Origin: a virus
Virus record (IMG/VR): IMGVR_UViG_3300045988_174416
Reading direction: 5' to 3' (one strand)
DNA: 55,663 nt
In this document: positions 17,848 through 27,461 of the stretch, in pieces
Layout of the letters: each line of letters begins with the position of its first letter
Position numbering within the stretch: position 1 is the first letter of the stretch
Notes under the pieces: model-generated
Told to the model about the DNA's origin: nothing
Databases searched by the model: none
What the model saw: the letters and a program-made list of their open reading frames with translations, nothing else
Position numbers and translations under genes: made by a program

Positions 17848-17908
17848 GATTTCGCTCCTTTTTAAATTTTGTACTAACTATTTTTATAATCTTTTTCTGT
17901 ATAATTTT

Positions 17909-17940
17909 ATTATATCATAAATTTTGATAATTATTGCACT
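17909..17940 (-). promoter_or_regulatory. Conserved early promoter/operator motif, copy 3
   Basis: Identical to copy 2. Confidence 0.6.
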
Positions 17941-17955
17941 CTTTTGAAAAATTTT

Positions 17956-18153
17956 TTATTTTCCTTTTATTGTTGCTAAATGAAAGCAATTACAATATTT
18001 ACACCAATAAATTTTATATTCACAATTATACTTTTGACCCTTTTCTTTTGCTCCAATTTCTGCGGCATGATATGTTTTATATTTCATTTTTCGTAAGCAA
18101 CCTTGATACAGGTCAGGTTTCTTTTGTCCTTTTTTCATAAAGCCCTCCAGCAA
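17956..18153 (-). CDS. Small basic Cys-containing protein
   Basis: ORF with CKYCNCFH. Confidence 0.35.
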   Translation of the reverse strand: MLEGFMKKGQKKPDLYQGCLRKMKYKTYHAAEIGAKEKGQKYNCEYKIYWCKYCNCFHLATIKGK

Positions 18154-18376
18154 GACACCATACTAATTGTTTGTAAAAGCACTCATAGCCGTAGATATGC
18201 CATTTCAATTTATCTATTTTAGCCTTAACTTTATCGCTCTTGAAAGTCCAGCAGTCCGACAGGCTATGTAAACGCTTTTGATAAATCAAACTATACTTTG
18301 CAAGATGTCTATACATCATATTTAATTCATCATTTATTGCAAGTATTTTGTCTAACATCGCCTTTTCGCTTTGCAT
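18113..18376 (-). CDS. Hypothetical protein (start uncertain)
   Basis: ORF; overlaps its neighbour if the longest start is used. Confidence 0.3.
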   Translation of the reverse strand: MQSEKAMLDKILAINDELNMMYRHLAKYSLIYQKRLHSLSDCWTFKSDKVKAKIDKLKWHIYGYECFYKQLVWCLAGGLYEKRTKET

Positions 18377-18869
18377 TTTCCTTGTCCTGTTCTGCAATTT
18401 TCTTGCGTTCTTTGATATATTCTTCGTTTTCAATTTGCCTTACAACTTCATCAAAATAATTTCTAATTTTTTGAATAGCGTCTTTTGCGTCCGTACTTAC
18501 TTCAACGGTATAACCAAGAGAACGCAGCCACTCATGGCATGCTATTTGATATTTGCTCGGTCTATTGTTCTTAACTTTGTTTTCAAGAAACAATACATCG
18601 CCATTTCCATAAGCATTTTTTCTGCCAAAAATCATCATATCGGGAAAACCGACATGTAGCCCCTCTTTTTTAAGCAGCCTCATTTGAATAGCATTTTGTG
18701 TTTTAATTTGGCTGGTAGGCAGCCCATACATTCGCATAAGTTGAATACTGCCCCCAAGATTAAATCCGTTAGGGACTGCAACCGGAATTAAATCATTTTG
18801 TAAACACCAAGAAACGATTAACGCCTGTTCTTGGTTTTCGTCCATATCTTTAATTCTTTTTACTGCCAT
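18330..18869 (-). CDS. VRR-NUC domain nuclease
   Basis: GFPDMMIF...VLFLENKVKNNRPSKYQIACHEWLRSLGY. Confidence 0.6.
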   Translation of the reverse strand: MAVKRIKDMDENQEQALIVSWCLQNDLIPVAVPNGFNLGGSIQLMRMYGLPTSQIKTQNAIQMRLLKKEGLHVGFPDMMIFGRKNAYGNGDVLFLENKVKNNRPSKYQIACHEWLRSLGYTVEVSTDAKDAIQKIRNYFDEVVRQIENEEYIKERKKIAEQDKENAKRKGDVRQNTCNK

Positions 18870-19032
18870 AGCCCCTTGCCTCCATTTCATCTACAACTTT
18901 TGGCTCATTAAATTGTTCTTGCCTGATTTTTCTTATATTAGGGCAGGCGGTGTAAACATCGTCTTTATGTACACAAACATTACATCCATGGTTGCAAAAT
19001 TCGCCATTATTTGAAGATTTTTCAAAATTCAT
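18850..19032 (-). CDS. Small Cys-rich protein
   Basis: CNHGCNVCVH...CPN. Confidence 0.3.
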   Translation of the reverse strand: MNFEKSSNNGEFCNHGCNVCVHKDDVYTACPNIRKIRQEQFNEPKVVDEMEARGYGSKKN

Positions 19033-19164
19033 TTTCCCTCCTATCTATCGCCGTCTAATCCTGCTTGAAATTCCTCAACATGATACATGTATTTACAAAA
19101 CTCTTTTTCTTCATCAGTTAAGTCGTTCCAATTTTTCTTTTCTAAATCCCAATATCTTTGCCAG

Positions 19165-19389
19165 TCAATTTGCATAAGTGCCTCCTTGCATTTCACACAA
19201 GGCGTTTATACTCTTATCGTTTTTAATCGCCATAACCATTTTATAATATTTTTCATAAAATTGCGACAATTCATTAAAGCGGTTTTCCGCAATAACTATC
19301 ATTGGTTCTTTGTGGTTCTGAAATAACTCTTGAGAGCCGTCTGAATATGTAATCAAAATATCTCTTATTATTTTCTTTGGTTGTGCCAT
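19165..19389 (-). CDS. Hypothetical protein
   Basis: ORF. Confidence 0.35.
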   Translation of the reverse strand: MAQPKKIIRDILITYSDGSQELFQNHKEPMIVIAENRFNELSQFYEKYYKMVMAIKNDKSINALCEMQGGTYAN

Positions 19390-19398
19390 ATTTCACTC

Positions 19399-20034
19399 CT
19401 ATTCTATATTGTAATTGCCCCATTGACTTGCCATAGCGTCAGCAATTCCCCAAAATGTTTTACTTCTAATCTTTGCTCTCTCTTGGGGGTCTTTAATTGA
19501 AAAAGTTTGAACATGTACTTTTGAATAGCGTTTTCCGTCCGCACAAATTACAAATTCCGGTTCTACGATATTAGTAGGTTTCAACAAGGGAAGATTTTTA
19601 AGCCAAAGACATGTTTTCTTGGTCATCGGGTGTCCGTATTCGTAAGGCTGGATTATTTGGTCAGGTTTACGCCAAGCCGATGATATTGCCCCGACTGGAT
19701 TTTCTATTGCAATTTTATCACATTTTGCGTTTGCTATTTGCATGAAAAAATCTATTGCCTCCTGCCTTAATTTTTGTCGCTCTATTGCTTTTTGTCCGTA
19801 TTTCTTAACATCAAACCACCTATTACCTGTAACTGTTAAATAAGTACAAGGTGGGTGGGCTATAATCAGGTCGTACCCCCCCCAGCGATTTCTTTTAAGG
19901 CAGTCGCCCTGTATATGCCATTCAGGGTGTCCACCGGAACAAGGCAATAAATCGCAAGAGTACGCCTCATGCCCTCTGTTTCTGAAAGATATACAAACTC
20001 TTTGACTTTCCTCGCAAGCCACTAATACTCGCAT
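19399..20034 (-). CDS. C5-cytosine-methyltransferase-like protein (minimal; PPC and ENP motifs)
   Basis: LIIAHPPCTYLTVTG (PCQ-like catalytic Cys) and IAIENPVG (ENV-like). No clear FxGxG motif. 211 aa. Confidence 0.4.
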   Translation of the reverse strand: MRVLVACEESQRVCISFRNRGHEAYSCDLLPCSGGHPEWHIQGDCLKRNRWGGYDLIIAHPPCTYLTVTGNRWFDVKKYGQKAIERQKLRQEAIDFFMQIANAKCDKIAIENPVGAISSAWRKPDQIIQPYEYGHPMTKKTCLWLKNLPLLKPTNIVEPEFVICADGKRYSKVHVQTFSIKDPQERAKIRSKTFWGIADAMASQWGNYNIE

Positions 20035-20035
20035 T

Positions 20036-20263
20036 TTAGCCCTTTCTTCTGTCGTTAGTCCAAACCGTACAATGTCCCTCTGAAACAGAATAACCGTTTG
20101 CCCACAAAGATATTCTATATTTTATGAAAGAATATAATTTTTCAATTATTTTCTTATCTTTCAGAACATAACGAGCATAAAAGAAAGCAGATAACAGCCC
20201 AAATTCTTTTTTGCCAGTTTCTTTTTGTGTTTTTCTATCATAAAAAATAATATCAACTTTCAT
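20036..20263 (-). CDS. Small hypothetical protein
   Basis: ORF. Confidence 0.3.
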   Translation of the reverse strand: MKVDIIFYDRKTQKETGKKEFGLLSAFFYARYVLKDKKIIEKLYSFIKYRISLWANGYSVSEGHCTVWTNDRRKG

Positions 20264-21170
20264 TTTTATCCCTTTTTATTATCCTTGATTTCTTAAATAA
20301 TTCGCCCTCGCCTCGTTTATGAGGTATAACCCAAGTATAGCCAGCCACTCCACGCAAGCCTTGTCTATCTTTACCTACGGAATTATCATCAAGTTTTCGC
20401 CAATGCCCCATGACTTCGTAAGCATACGCAGGTTTTTTGACAATTCTTTCCGCAGCAGTCGGGCATAGTTTTTTAATTTTTGCAGCCGTTGCCACATAAA
20501 TTACATCAGACGGTTTATATTTGATTTTTGTAAATTCTCGACCTATTCTACCTCTAACAGTAAAGCCAATGCTATTTTCAACATAAGTAATTTTTGTTCG
20601 CCTAATTCGGCTTAAAGTTGCTTTTACAATATTGTCATAGAAAGCAGGAATATTACCTTTGTTTTCGCCCAAAGAGTAAGCAAATAAATTCATTCGGTCA
20701 GTCATGCCAATTTTTTTATTGTCTTTGCGGTCATAAATATATTCTTTTGTAACAAATACAGTAAGGTATGAAGTAGGCGACACTTCAAAAAGTCCTACAC
20801 CTTTGACAAAAGTTTTAACATAACAATAATCAGCAAGCCCTAATTGCTCTCTTAAATGTTGATGTATTTCGCTTTCGGTATCTTCAATTTCCGGCATAAA
20901 ATCAAACCAGCAATTCGTAAATGGAGGACAAGTTTTATCGTTAAAATTTTCCGCCTCTTTTACATCAAGGGCTGGCACAAAAAACATATTTGCATTTTTG
21001 CAACAGTCTAACATATAATCCTTATATTTGAGTGCAAATTCGTTTGTTTGGGGGATTTCGGCAGACGGATATTTAAAAAATTCCGTACTTGACATTATCC
21101 CCGACCGCTCCTCAAGTAAATTTTCTATTGTAAATTTTAGCGTCTGCATGTTTCCTCCTCTCTTGACCAA
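20253..21170 (-). CDS. Hypothetical protein (305 aa) with a basic His/Arg-rich C-terminus
   Basis: C-terminus reads HWRKL...GKDRQGLRGVAGYTWVIPHKRG. Confidence 0.45.
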   Translation of the reverse strand: MVKRGGNMQTLKFTIENLLEERSGIMSSTEFFKYPSAEIPQTNEFALKYKDYMLDCCKNANMFFVPALDVKEAENFNDKTCPPFTNCWFDFMPEIEDTESEIHQHLREQLGLADYCYVKTFVKGVGLFEVSPTSYLTVFVTKEYIYDRKDNKKIGMTDRMNLFAYSLGENKGNIPAFYDNIVKATLSRIRRTKITYVENSIGFTVRGRIGREFTKIKYKPSDVIYVATAAKIKKLCPTAAERIVKKPAYAYEVMGHWRKLDDNSVGKDRQGLRGVAGYTWVIPHKRGEGELFKKSRIIKRDKNES

Positions 21171-21406
21171 AGAATAACGCTCTTTATTTCTTTTAATGTT
21201 TTATTATTTGCAAATTCATTGCAAAAAGATATTCTATGCGTTGTAAAAGGTTTTTCAAATTCTACATGCAATATGCGGTATTTGCCTAAATGATTATTGG
21301 CATGTTCAAAATACCCTTTTGTGCATTTTGTTCCCAGCCCATTACAAAGCCAATTTAAAATATCATTATCATTCAAATCTTTTATTTTTTCATTTCCTGT
21401 AAGCAT
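21137..21406 (-). CDS. Hypothetical protein
   Basis: ORF. Confidence 0.35.
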   Translation of the reverse strand: MLTGNEKIKDLNDNDILNWLCNGLGTKCTKGYFEHANNHLGKYRILHVEFEKPFTTHRISFCNEFANNKTLKEIKSVILWSREEETCRR

Positions 21407-21705
21407 TTATTTTTTTCCTTTTCCTTTTTAAGTCGGTTTTTGTAATATTTTGCGTCATTCTTACAATACCAAACTTTCCCATTGAGAGTTGATATTGTTG
21501 CGTTTTTCTTTCGGATTACTTCTTGTAATTGTTCTTTTGTGTAGTCTTTATATTTTTCGTAGTCTTGATATTCATATAATCCGTTTGTATAAATACTAAA
21601 ATCAAGGTATATTCCTATCTTTTCAAGTTGTTTTTGAGCGTCTTTTAGTATATTTATAAAAGGTTGAATATCGTCTATTTCAGTTTTATTTTTAGAAGAT
21701 TTCAT
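21382..21705 (-). CDS. Hypothetical protein
   Basis: ORF. Confidence 0.35.
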   Translation of the reverse strand: MKSSKNKTEIDDIQPFINILKDAQKQLEKIGIYLDFSIYTNGLYEYQDYEKYKDYTKEQLQEVIRKKNATISTLNGKVWYCKNDAKYYKNRLKKEKEKNKCLQEMKK

Positions 21706-21712
21706 TTTACCC

Positions 21713-21934
21713 TCACATTTCTTTTATTCCATACCAAAAAGCGATAATCGGAAAGAACAACAACAAAATAATAATATTTCTTACAAAACATAAATTATCT
21801 TTCCAAGTTCGTTTAATTTTGTATGTTTTTAACATTTTTATTTCTTCCGGTAACTGTAAACCCAAAAATATCAAAGTACACATAATCGAAACGCAAAAAT
21901 AAAATTGAATTAAAAATATTATTTTTTCTAACAT
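21713..21934 (-). CDS. Small integral membrane protein
   Basis: Two long hydrophobic segments. Confidence 0.4.
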   Translation of the reverse strand: MLEKIIFLIQFYFCVSIMCTLIFLGLQLPEEIKMLKTYKIKRTWKDNLCFVRNIIILLLFFPIIAFWYGIKEM

Positions 21935-22094
21935 TATTTATTTTCCTTTATTTTTCTAATGTCGCACGAAAATTCATAATTAAAGCAGTCAATATGAAAA
22001 TCTTTTATTATCCTATTTGACCCCTCTGCGTATTCAATACGCACGAAATTGTCTTTAATTTCTTGATTACATCGGTCGCAAATATGCTTATAAC

Positions 22095-22316
22095 TCATTT
22101 TTCCTCCTTTATTCCATATTTTTTATTAAATTCACTTTTTAAATTAAGATAAAAACTAATTGTAGATAGCATTTGAGAATAAATTGTTTGCCAATTTTCC
22201 CAGTGTTCGTAATTCTGCGACCCCTCTTTGAAAAATTTTTTGTTTGTTTGGGCTTGTTTTTGCTGCAATTCTATGTAAAATAATAAATCTTTTATATCTT
22301 TTGGTATTTTTGACAT
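22095..22316 (-). CDS. Hypothetical protein
   Basis: ORF downstream of the A14 tract. Confidence 0.35.
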   Translation of the reverse strand: MSKIPKDIKDLLFYIELQQKQAQTNKKFFKEGSQNYEHWENWQTIYSQMLSTISFYLNLKSEFNKKYGIKEEK

Positions 22317-22346
22317 TGACGCTCCTTTTATTTTTTTTTTTTTTGA

Positions 22347-23678
22347 TTAGCCATTGTATGCAAAATTTTCAGTCAGCCAAGCATACATTTGATTTTTTTC
22401 TATGATATATTTACCGGAATTAGTTTTTACAAATTCCTCGCAAATTTCATTAAACCATTTTTTAAAGCGTGCCTCACTTATCATTCGTTCTCGCACACAA
22501 TAATCTTTTATCTCAATTAAAGGCACTTTACCCTTGCTTTTGCTCTTTTGCTCTGCATATTCACGCATAAATACACAAATTTTTTCATAACTTGAAGTAT
22601 TGTCTTTTATGACATCAAGCGATAGGGCTTTCATTTCTTTATAGGTGTTTACCATATATTGCCAATGGTAAGGTTGAATTTCTAAATCATTCGTCCATAC
22701 CGCCAAGACGGTACAAAACAGCAGGAGTAGAAATTCATCGTCAATGGTAATGTTACACCCAGCCCCCTGTTGTTCTAAAATACCCCAAAGAGCCTCGCTT
22801 GCTGGTATTCCATGTTGATTTCGGTGTTGAGTAAATACTTCTTTTGCAAGAGGAATAAAGCGGTCAAAATTTGGGTGGTAGCGTTTTCTATTCGTATGTA
22901 ATTTGTCTATCGGAGGACAGTTTACATATAATAATCGCCTTGCAATACCACCCTCAAAAGAACTTTGATAGCGTTGTTGCACTTGCCAGTCTTTTAAAAA
23001 TTCTGCCGTTGAAACAAATATAAAATTTGCCCCTACGTTGTATTGAGAGGTAATCCCCTCTGCTCTTGATGTTTTTGATTTTCCCATGCCACAATATCCG
23101 TCAAATAATTGGTTTATTGCAGCAACAAACTCTTTTGCAGATATGGACGGATTTGCAGAAAAAGCGTCCCTGAATAAGCGGTCGCCTGCCTCGTCCACAG
23201 TAAATAATAAATTGTTAGTATAATATTTTTTTATTTGTGCGTAAGTTTCACAAAGTCCTTTTGATGTTATCGGGTCGTCAAAGGTTGTAATTGGCTCTCT
23301 ACCTAACTCTTGATAGGCTAACTCAACTTCTTTTTTTTGACTATCAGTAAGCGGAATTTCGCTTTTTGCCAAAAATTTACTATGCAAAGACAAAGCCCTG
23401 TTATAGCGTGCAATACGCTCCTCGTCCACGCATACAAAAATTTGTTTTAAGGCTCTTAAAGTTCGTGATTTTCCGCTACCTTTTTGACAAAGAATTATAC
23501 AACCTGAATTTAAGCGGATTTCTTGACCGTCCTCATTTTTATATTTAAAATCAAAAGTATTTGCACAATACATCATGTATGACAAAACTATCATTTTTAA
23601 GCAGATTTTCGGTAAATCCACTCCTCTAATTTTGTGCAATTCTTCAACTATTTCATCTATTACTTGTAACTCTGCCAT
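22347..23678 (-). CDS. P-loop NTPase, probably a replicative/initiator helicase (primase-helicase C-terminal-domain-like)
   Basis: Walker A ILCQKGSGKSRT and Walker B LLFTVDEAGD. First gene after copy-4 promoter. Confidence 0.5.
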   Translation of the reverse strand: MAELQVIDEIVEELHKIRGVDLPKICLKMIVLSYMMYCANTFDFKYKNEDGQEIRLNSGCIILCQKGSGKSRTLRALKQIFVCVDEERIARYNRALSLHSKFLAKSEIPLTDSQKKEVELAYQELGREPITTFDDPITSKGLCETYAQIKKYYTNNLLFTVDEAGDRLFRDAFSANPSISAKEFVAAINQLFDGYCGMGKSKTSRAEGITSQYNVGANFIFVSTAEFLKDWQVQQRYQSSFEGGIARRLLYVNCPPIDKLHTNRKRYHPNFDRFIPLAKEVFTQHRNQHGIPASEALWGILEQQGAGCNITIDDEFLLLLFCTVLAVWTNDLEIQPYHWQYMVNTYKEMKALSLDVIKDNTSSYEKICVFMREYAEQKSKSKGKVPLIEIKDYCVRERMISEARFKKWFNEICEEFVKTNSGKYIIEKNQMYAWLTENFAYNG

Positions 23679-23687
23679 ATTAAACCT

Positions 23688-23718
23688 ATTATATCACAAT
23701 TTTTGATAATAATTGCAC
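23688..23718 (-). promoter_or_regulatory. Conserved early promoter/operator motif, copy 4
   Basis: Minus strand reads GTGCAATTATTATCAAAAATTGTGATATAAT. The -10 lies only about 10 nt from the ATG, so the mRNA would be near-leaderless. Confidence 0.55.
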
Positions 23719-23722
23719 GCTC

Positions 23723-24145
23723 TTATAAAACTGCTCTCTGTCTATATTCCACATCAAGTTTAAGCCCTGCTCGCTCGGAAAGATGAACAATTTTTTTTAT
23801 TTTTTGCTCCGGAATAATTGACAATACTTTTTCGGGAATAATTATTTTTTCTATTTCCTGATAACAACATTCGCCAGCAAACATTTTTGTTAAAAGTTCC
23901 AAATCATCACAAAAATAAAGCAGTCGCAACGATATTAAATTTGCTATATTTATTATTTTTGATTTTTTTTCTTCTCGTTCAGGAATATGTAAAGTTTCAC
24001 AAATTTTAAATACCGTTCTACGTGATATTTTTTCGTTAAATTCTCTCTCAATGTATGCCGGAATATCTTTTTTATAAACTCCGTTATTTATCAACTCATT
24101 TACTCGGTCAATAATTTTTCCTGTTATTTTTGATTTTCTTGCCAT
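23723..24145 (-). CDS. Putative DNA-binding protein
   Basis: Basic N-terminus KISRRTVFKICETL is HTH-like. Confidence 0.35.
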   Translation of the reverse strand: MARKSKITGKIIDRVNELINNGVYKKDIPAYIEREFNEKISRRTVFKICETLHIPEREEKKSKIINIANLISLRLLYFCDDLELLTKMFAGECCYQEIEKIIIPEKVLSIIPEQKIKKIVHLSERAGLKLDVEYRQRAVL

Positions 24146-24208
24146 GTGCTTGCCCCTTTTTTGTTAAATCTACCTCTTTTATATCATTAAAAATAATATA
24201 AGTCAAAT

Positions 24209-24466
24209 TTATTTTATCGGTTTTACATCAATATCTAAAATCTCAAGTTGTGGGGGATTAGGTAAGTCATATTCGCTCAAATCCTCCGCAATAGTGCAGC
24301 AGTCAGGAGGGCATAACATCAATTCTTTTTTAATCTGATTTTCTTTAATTTGATGTTGAATAGCCCCTGTAATTGCTATATTTATTTGCGTTATAATACT
24401 AATAAAAAGTATAATAACAAAAAGTCTTTTTAATTGAGATTTTAAAGTATTTTTTTTATTTTTCAT
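24209..24466 (-). CDS. Small membrane-anchored protein
   Basis: N-terminal TM segment LFVIILFISIITQINIAI. Confidence 0.35.
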   Translation of the reverse strand: MKNKKNTLKSQLKRLFVIILFISIITQINIAITGAIQHQIKENQIKKELMLCPPDCCTIAEDLSEYDLPNPPQLEILDIDVKPIK

Positions 24467-24497
24467 TTTCTACACTCCATTTCTTTTTTTATTTTTT

Positions 24498-24917
24498 CTA
24501 CATTTCTCTATAAAAATAGTTTGTATTACCTAATTTTTTGTAACCCGATAAAGCCCCTCCGACTTCGTAATCGTTTTCAATTTCGCTTTTGGTATATCCA
24601 CTACCGGACATTGATAAAAGTTCCTTATCGTTTGATATAGCAACCTCTCTTGTAACAACTTCAAGAAAAATATTTTTTTCTTCGTCATTTATTTTTCCTG
24701 CAATAAAAAATTCATCATACTGGTCAGACAAATTCGCCTCGATAGTATGATCTTCAAAATTATCAAATTTTTTAAGTTCAGGAATATCATTTATTAAATC
24801 ATTAAAAGATAATTCTATTGCCTGCATTTTATTCGCAATTTCTGCTAAATCGTTTTTGTTTACCTCCCAAGAGGGTAATTCAATAATAAGTTTTGTCATA
24901 TTGTTAAATCCTTTCAT
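24498..24917 (-). CDS. Hypothetical acidic protein
   Basis: ORF. Confidence 0.4.
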   Translation of the reverse strand: MKGFNNMTKLIIELPSWEVNKNDLAEIANKMQAIELSFNDLINDIPELKKFDNFEDHTIEANLSDQYDEFFIAGKINDEEKNIFLEVVTREVAISNDKELLSMSGSGYTKSEIENDYEVGGALSGYKKLGNTNYFYREM

Positions 24918-25258
24918 TTTTATTTTTTTTACTACATAAATATTTCAGGGTTGTCTTTTTCATTAGAGATAATAATATTTTGCAATTCTAAAAAATCAAG
25001 TAAGCCGATGATTTTTTCTTGTTCTTGCTCTGTCAATTCTCCGTCTGAATAAAAATCAATTCTATATTGCATTTTATCTTACTCCTTTTCAATTTCAAAT
25101 CGTACACTTTCAAGGTCAAAATCCATAAATTCAGGTGCAAGGTTTATTTCTTCAATAAATTTTGGTAAAGAATAAACCGCAATTTTTGTTTGAGATTTTA
25201 CATCGTCCGTTATGTCATAAACGGCAATTTTTATTTTTTCGTAATCCATGACTGCCTC

Positions 25259-25936
25259 CTATTTAATCAACTGATTTATTTTTGTTTTTGCCTCCTCAAG
25301 AGAAGAAACAAAAAAGCGTGTACGCTCTTTTACTATTTGATTTGATAAAATTATTGCCAATTTACCGCCTAATAAAATTTCAACTCCGGCAATATAATCA
25401 TTATTTTTATAAAAATCATATTCAAACCGCCCTTGAGTATTTGTGCCTATATCCTGCATTGTATCAAATTTATTTTTTAATTTTTCTGCCATAAAATCAG
25501 CAACGGATTTTAACAAAAAATATTCTTCTTTTGTTACCTTTTCGGTAGGACATATAAACCCTTTTGGCGGTATTGTAGTTCTATATTCGCTCGATATGAA
25601 AAACTCAATATCATCAATACAGGGTTTAGCATAGATATTATTTTTCTTAAATTTGCCGTCATATACGGTTCTAAATTTAAAAGTTTTTTCTTTTTCGTTA
25701 TCCCATTCATAACAGTATTTTTGAGTAAATAAATCGTATTTGTACGGTTTATCACAAGTCCATAAATCAGGGTGTATCATTACAAGCCCTGCGTTTTTAG
25801 TTTCAATAACAAAATAATTTTCTTTAGTTTCAACTGTTTTTGATGAATAATTATACATTTTGAGAGGGTGTGTAATATAATTTTCCTCTAAAAATTTTTT
25901 TAATCTTTTTACATAATCTTGTAATTTTTTTGACAT
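25259..25936 (-). CDS. Hypothetical protein (225 aa)
   Basis: ORF with RBS AGGAGCG. Confidence 0.45.
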   Translation of the reverse strand: MSKKLQDYVKRLKKFLEENYITHPLKMYNYSSKTVETKENYFVIETKNAGLVMIHPDLWTCDKPYKYDLFTQKYCYEWDNEKEKTFKFRTVYDGKFKKNNIYAKPCIDDIEFFISSEYRTTIPPKGFICPTEKVTKEEYFLLKSVADFMAEKLKNKFDTMQDIGTNTQGRFEYDFYKNNDYIAGVEILLGGKLAIILSNQIVKERTRFFVSSLEEAKTKINQLIK

Positions 25937-25948
25937 TTTAAAACGCTC

Positions 25949-26194
25949 CTATATTTTTGTGCTATTCACTATTTTTTGTATTTGCTCGGTTGTTTCAAGT
26001 AAATTTTCATCTGATGTAATTTCAAGAATTTTTTTACATAGTTTAAAAATAATTTGTTTGAGAGTTGAAAAGGTTTTTTCTCTTTGTTTTTTCTTAACGT
26101 ATTCTTGCATTAAATAAGTACGGTGTTTTTCTGCAAGTTTTTTATATTTTTTTTCTAAAGTTTTTAATTGTTGCTCGGTTGTTTTTTTTATCAT
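25949..26194 (-). CDS. Hypothetical basic helical protein
   Basis: ORF. Confidence 0.35.
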   Translation of the reverse strand: MIKKTTEQQLKTLEKKYKKLAEKHRTYLMQEYVKKKQREKTFSTLKQIIFKLCKKILEITSDENLLETTEQIQKIVNSTKI

Positions 26195-26251
26195 TTTGTC
26201 ATGCTCCTATTAAATTATATCAAAAATATTGATATAAAGCAAGTATTATTT

Positions 26252-26437
26252 TTAATCTGCGTATGGGTATTTTACCCCTTTATGTTTACGATAATTTCTT
26301 TTAAAATTTTTAATTGCGTGTTGTTCGTCTATTGTAGATTTTCCGATAATTCCGCTAAAAGTATTGCCTCTAAAATCTTCACTAACTACGCATAAATTAT
26401 TTATACCGCCTTTATAGTTTTGGTAAGTTATAAGCAT
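26252..26437 (-). CDS. Small hypothetical protein
   Basis: ORF. Confidence 0.3.
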   Translation of the reverse strand: MLITYQNYKGGINNLCVVSEDFRGNTFSGIIGKSTIDEQHAIKNFKRNYRKHKGVKYPYAD

Positions 26438-27432
26438 AATAGAGCCTCCTTATCTTCTAAAATTTTATTTTTTATTTCGCAATATTCGTTTATAACTTCA
26501 TCAATAGATGTAAATTTATTGTAAACGCTCAATTCATCGTTGAGGGCATTTTTTTGGTATTCAATAAATTGTTCATATTTTTTAAGCCTATTAGCGAAAC
26601 AAAAACGGCTTTCAAGTTGTAAAACTGCCTCCGATGTGTCGGCTTGCTCTAATTTTTCAAGATATATTTTTTTTGTATCCATGATAAGTTTTAATAAATG
26701 GTTGTTTCTTTCAGTAAATGTGCCATTTTTAACGGCATTTTTGACATTATTTAATTTATTATTTCTCAAGATACTTTTTAAGCGTTCTCTATACTGATAA
26801 ACCGGATAGCCGGATTTATCCAAAACATCTTTTAAAACATAATATTTTAAGCCGTTTTCAGTATCATATTTATTTATTTTAATTCTGCCATACATAGTAG
26901 TAATATTAAGAGAGTATTTTTTACCGTCCTTAAATACATCAATAGCACTATAATTTAAAGCATATTTTATATATGCCTCACCCTCAACAATAAAGCGGTC
27001 AAGCATATTTTTATTATTATACATTATTTCATGTTCAATATTTATATTTTTTTTATTGATTATTGCCTCCGGTTTTATTTCAATAATCCAGTAAAAAATA
27101 TTTTCATCTTTTCGGCATGCCTCAAAATCTTTTTTTGTGTTGAATTTTCCTAAATAACTAAACCAAAATTTATAAGTGCTTAATAGGTCAATATTTTTTA
27201 AATCAGGGTTAATTTGAACTATTTTTGTTGTATAGTTTTCTTTGTCCCCATAGTAAGGATAAGAAACAAGCAATAAGTTTAAGTTATTTTCGCTTAACTG
27301 ATGTGTTTTTATGAGGTTATCAATAGTAAATTTCCCTTGCCCTGATATTATGTTAATATCTTCGGGTTTATGCCAATTTATACCAAAATTGTCATGTAAA
27401 ATTTTTTTAATTCTGTCATCAAATTTTTTCAT
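26428..27432 (-). CDS. Hypothetical protein adjacent to the MTase; possible PD-(D/E)xK nuclease (speculative)
   Basis: RKDENIFYWIIEIKPE fits D-x9-ExK. This is a weak assignment. Confidence 0.3.
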   Translation of the reverse strand: MKKFDDRIKKILHDNFGINWHKPEDINIISGQGKFTIDNLIKTHQLSENNLNLLLVSYPYYGDKENYTTKIVQINPDLKNIDLLSTYKFWFSYLGKFNTKKDFEACRKDENIFYWIIEIKPEAIINKKNINIEHEIMYNNKNMLDRFIVEGEAYIKYALNYSAIDVFKDGKKYSLNITTMYGRIKINKYDTENGLKYYVLKDVLDKSGYPVYQYRERLKSILRNNKLNNVKNAVKNGTFTERNNHLLKLIMDTKKIYLEKLEQADTSEAVLQLESRFCFANRLKKYEQFIEYQKNALNDELSVYNKFTSIDEVINEYCEIKNKILEDKEALLCL

Positions 27433-27461
27433 TTTTTACCGTCCTTTACTTTTTTATTTTG

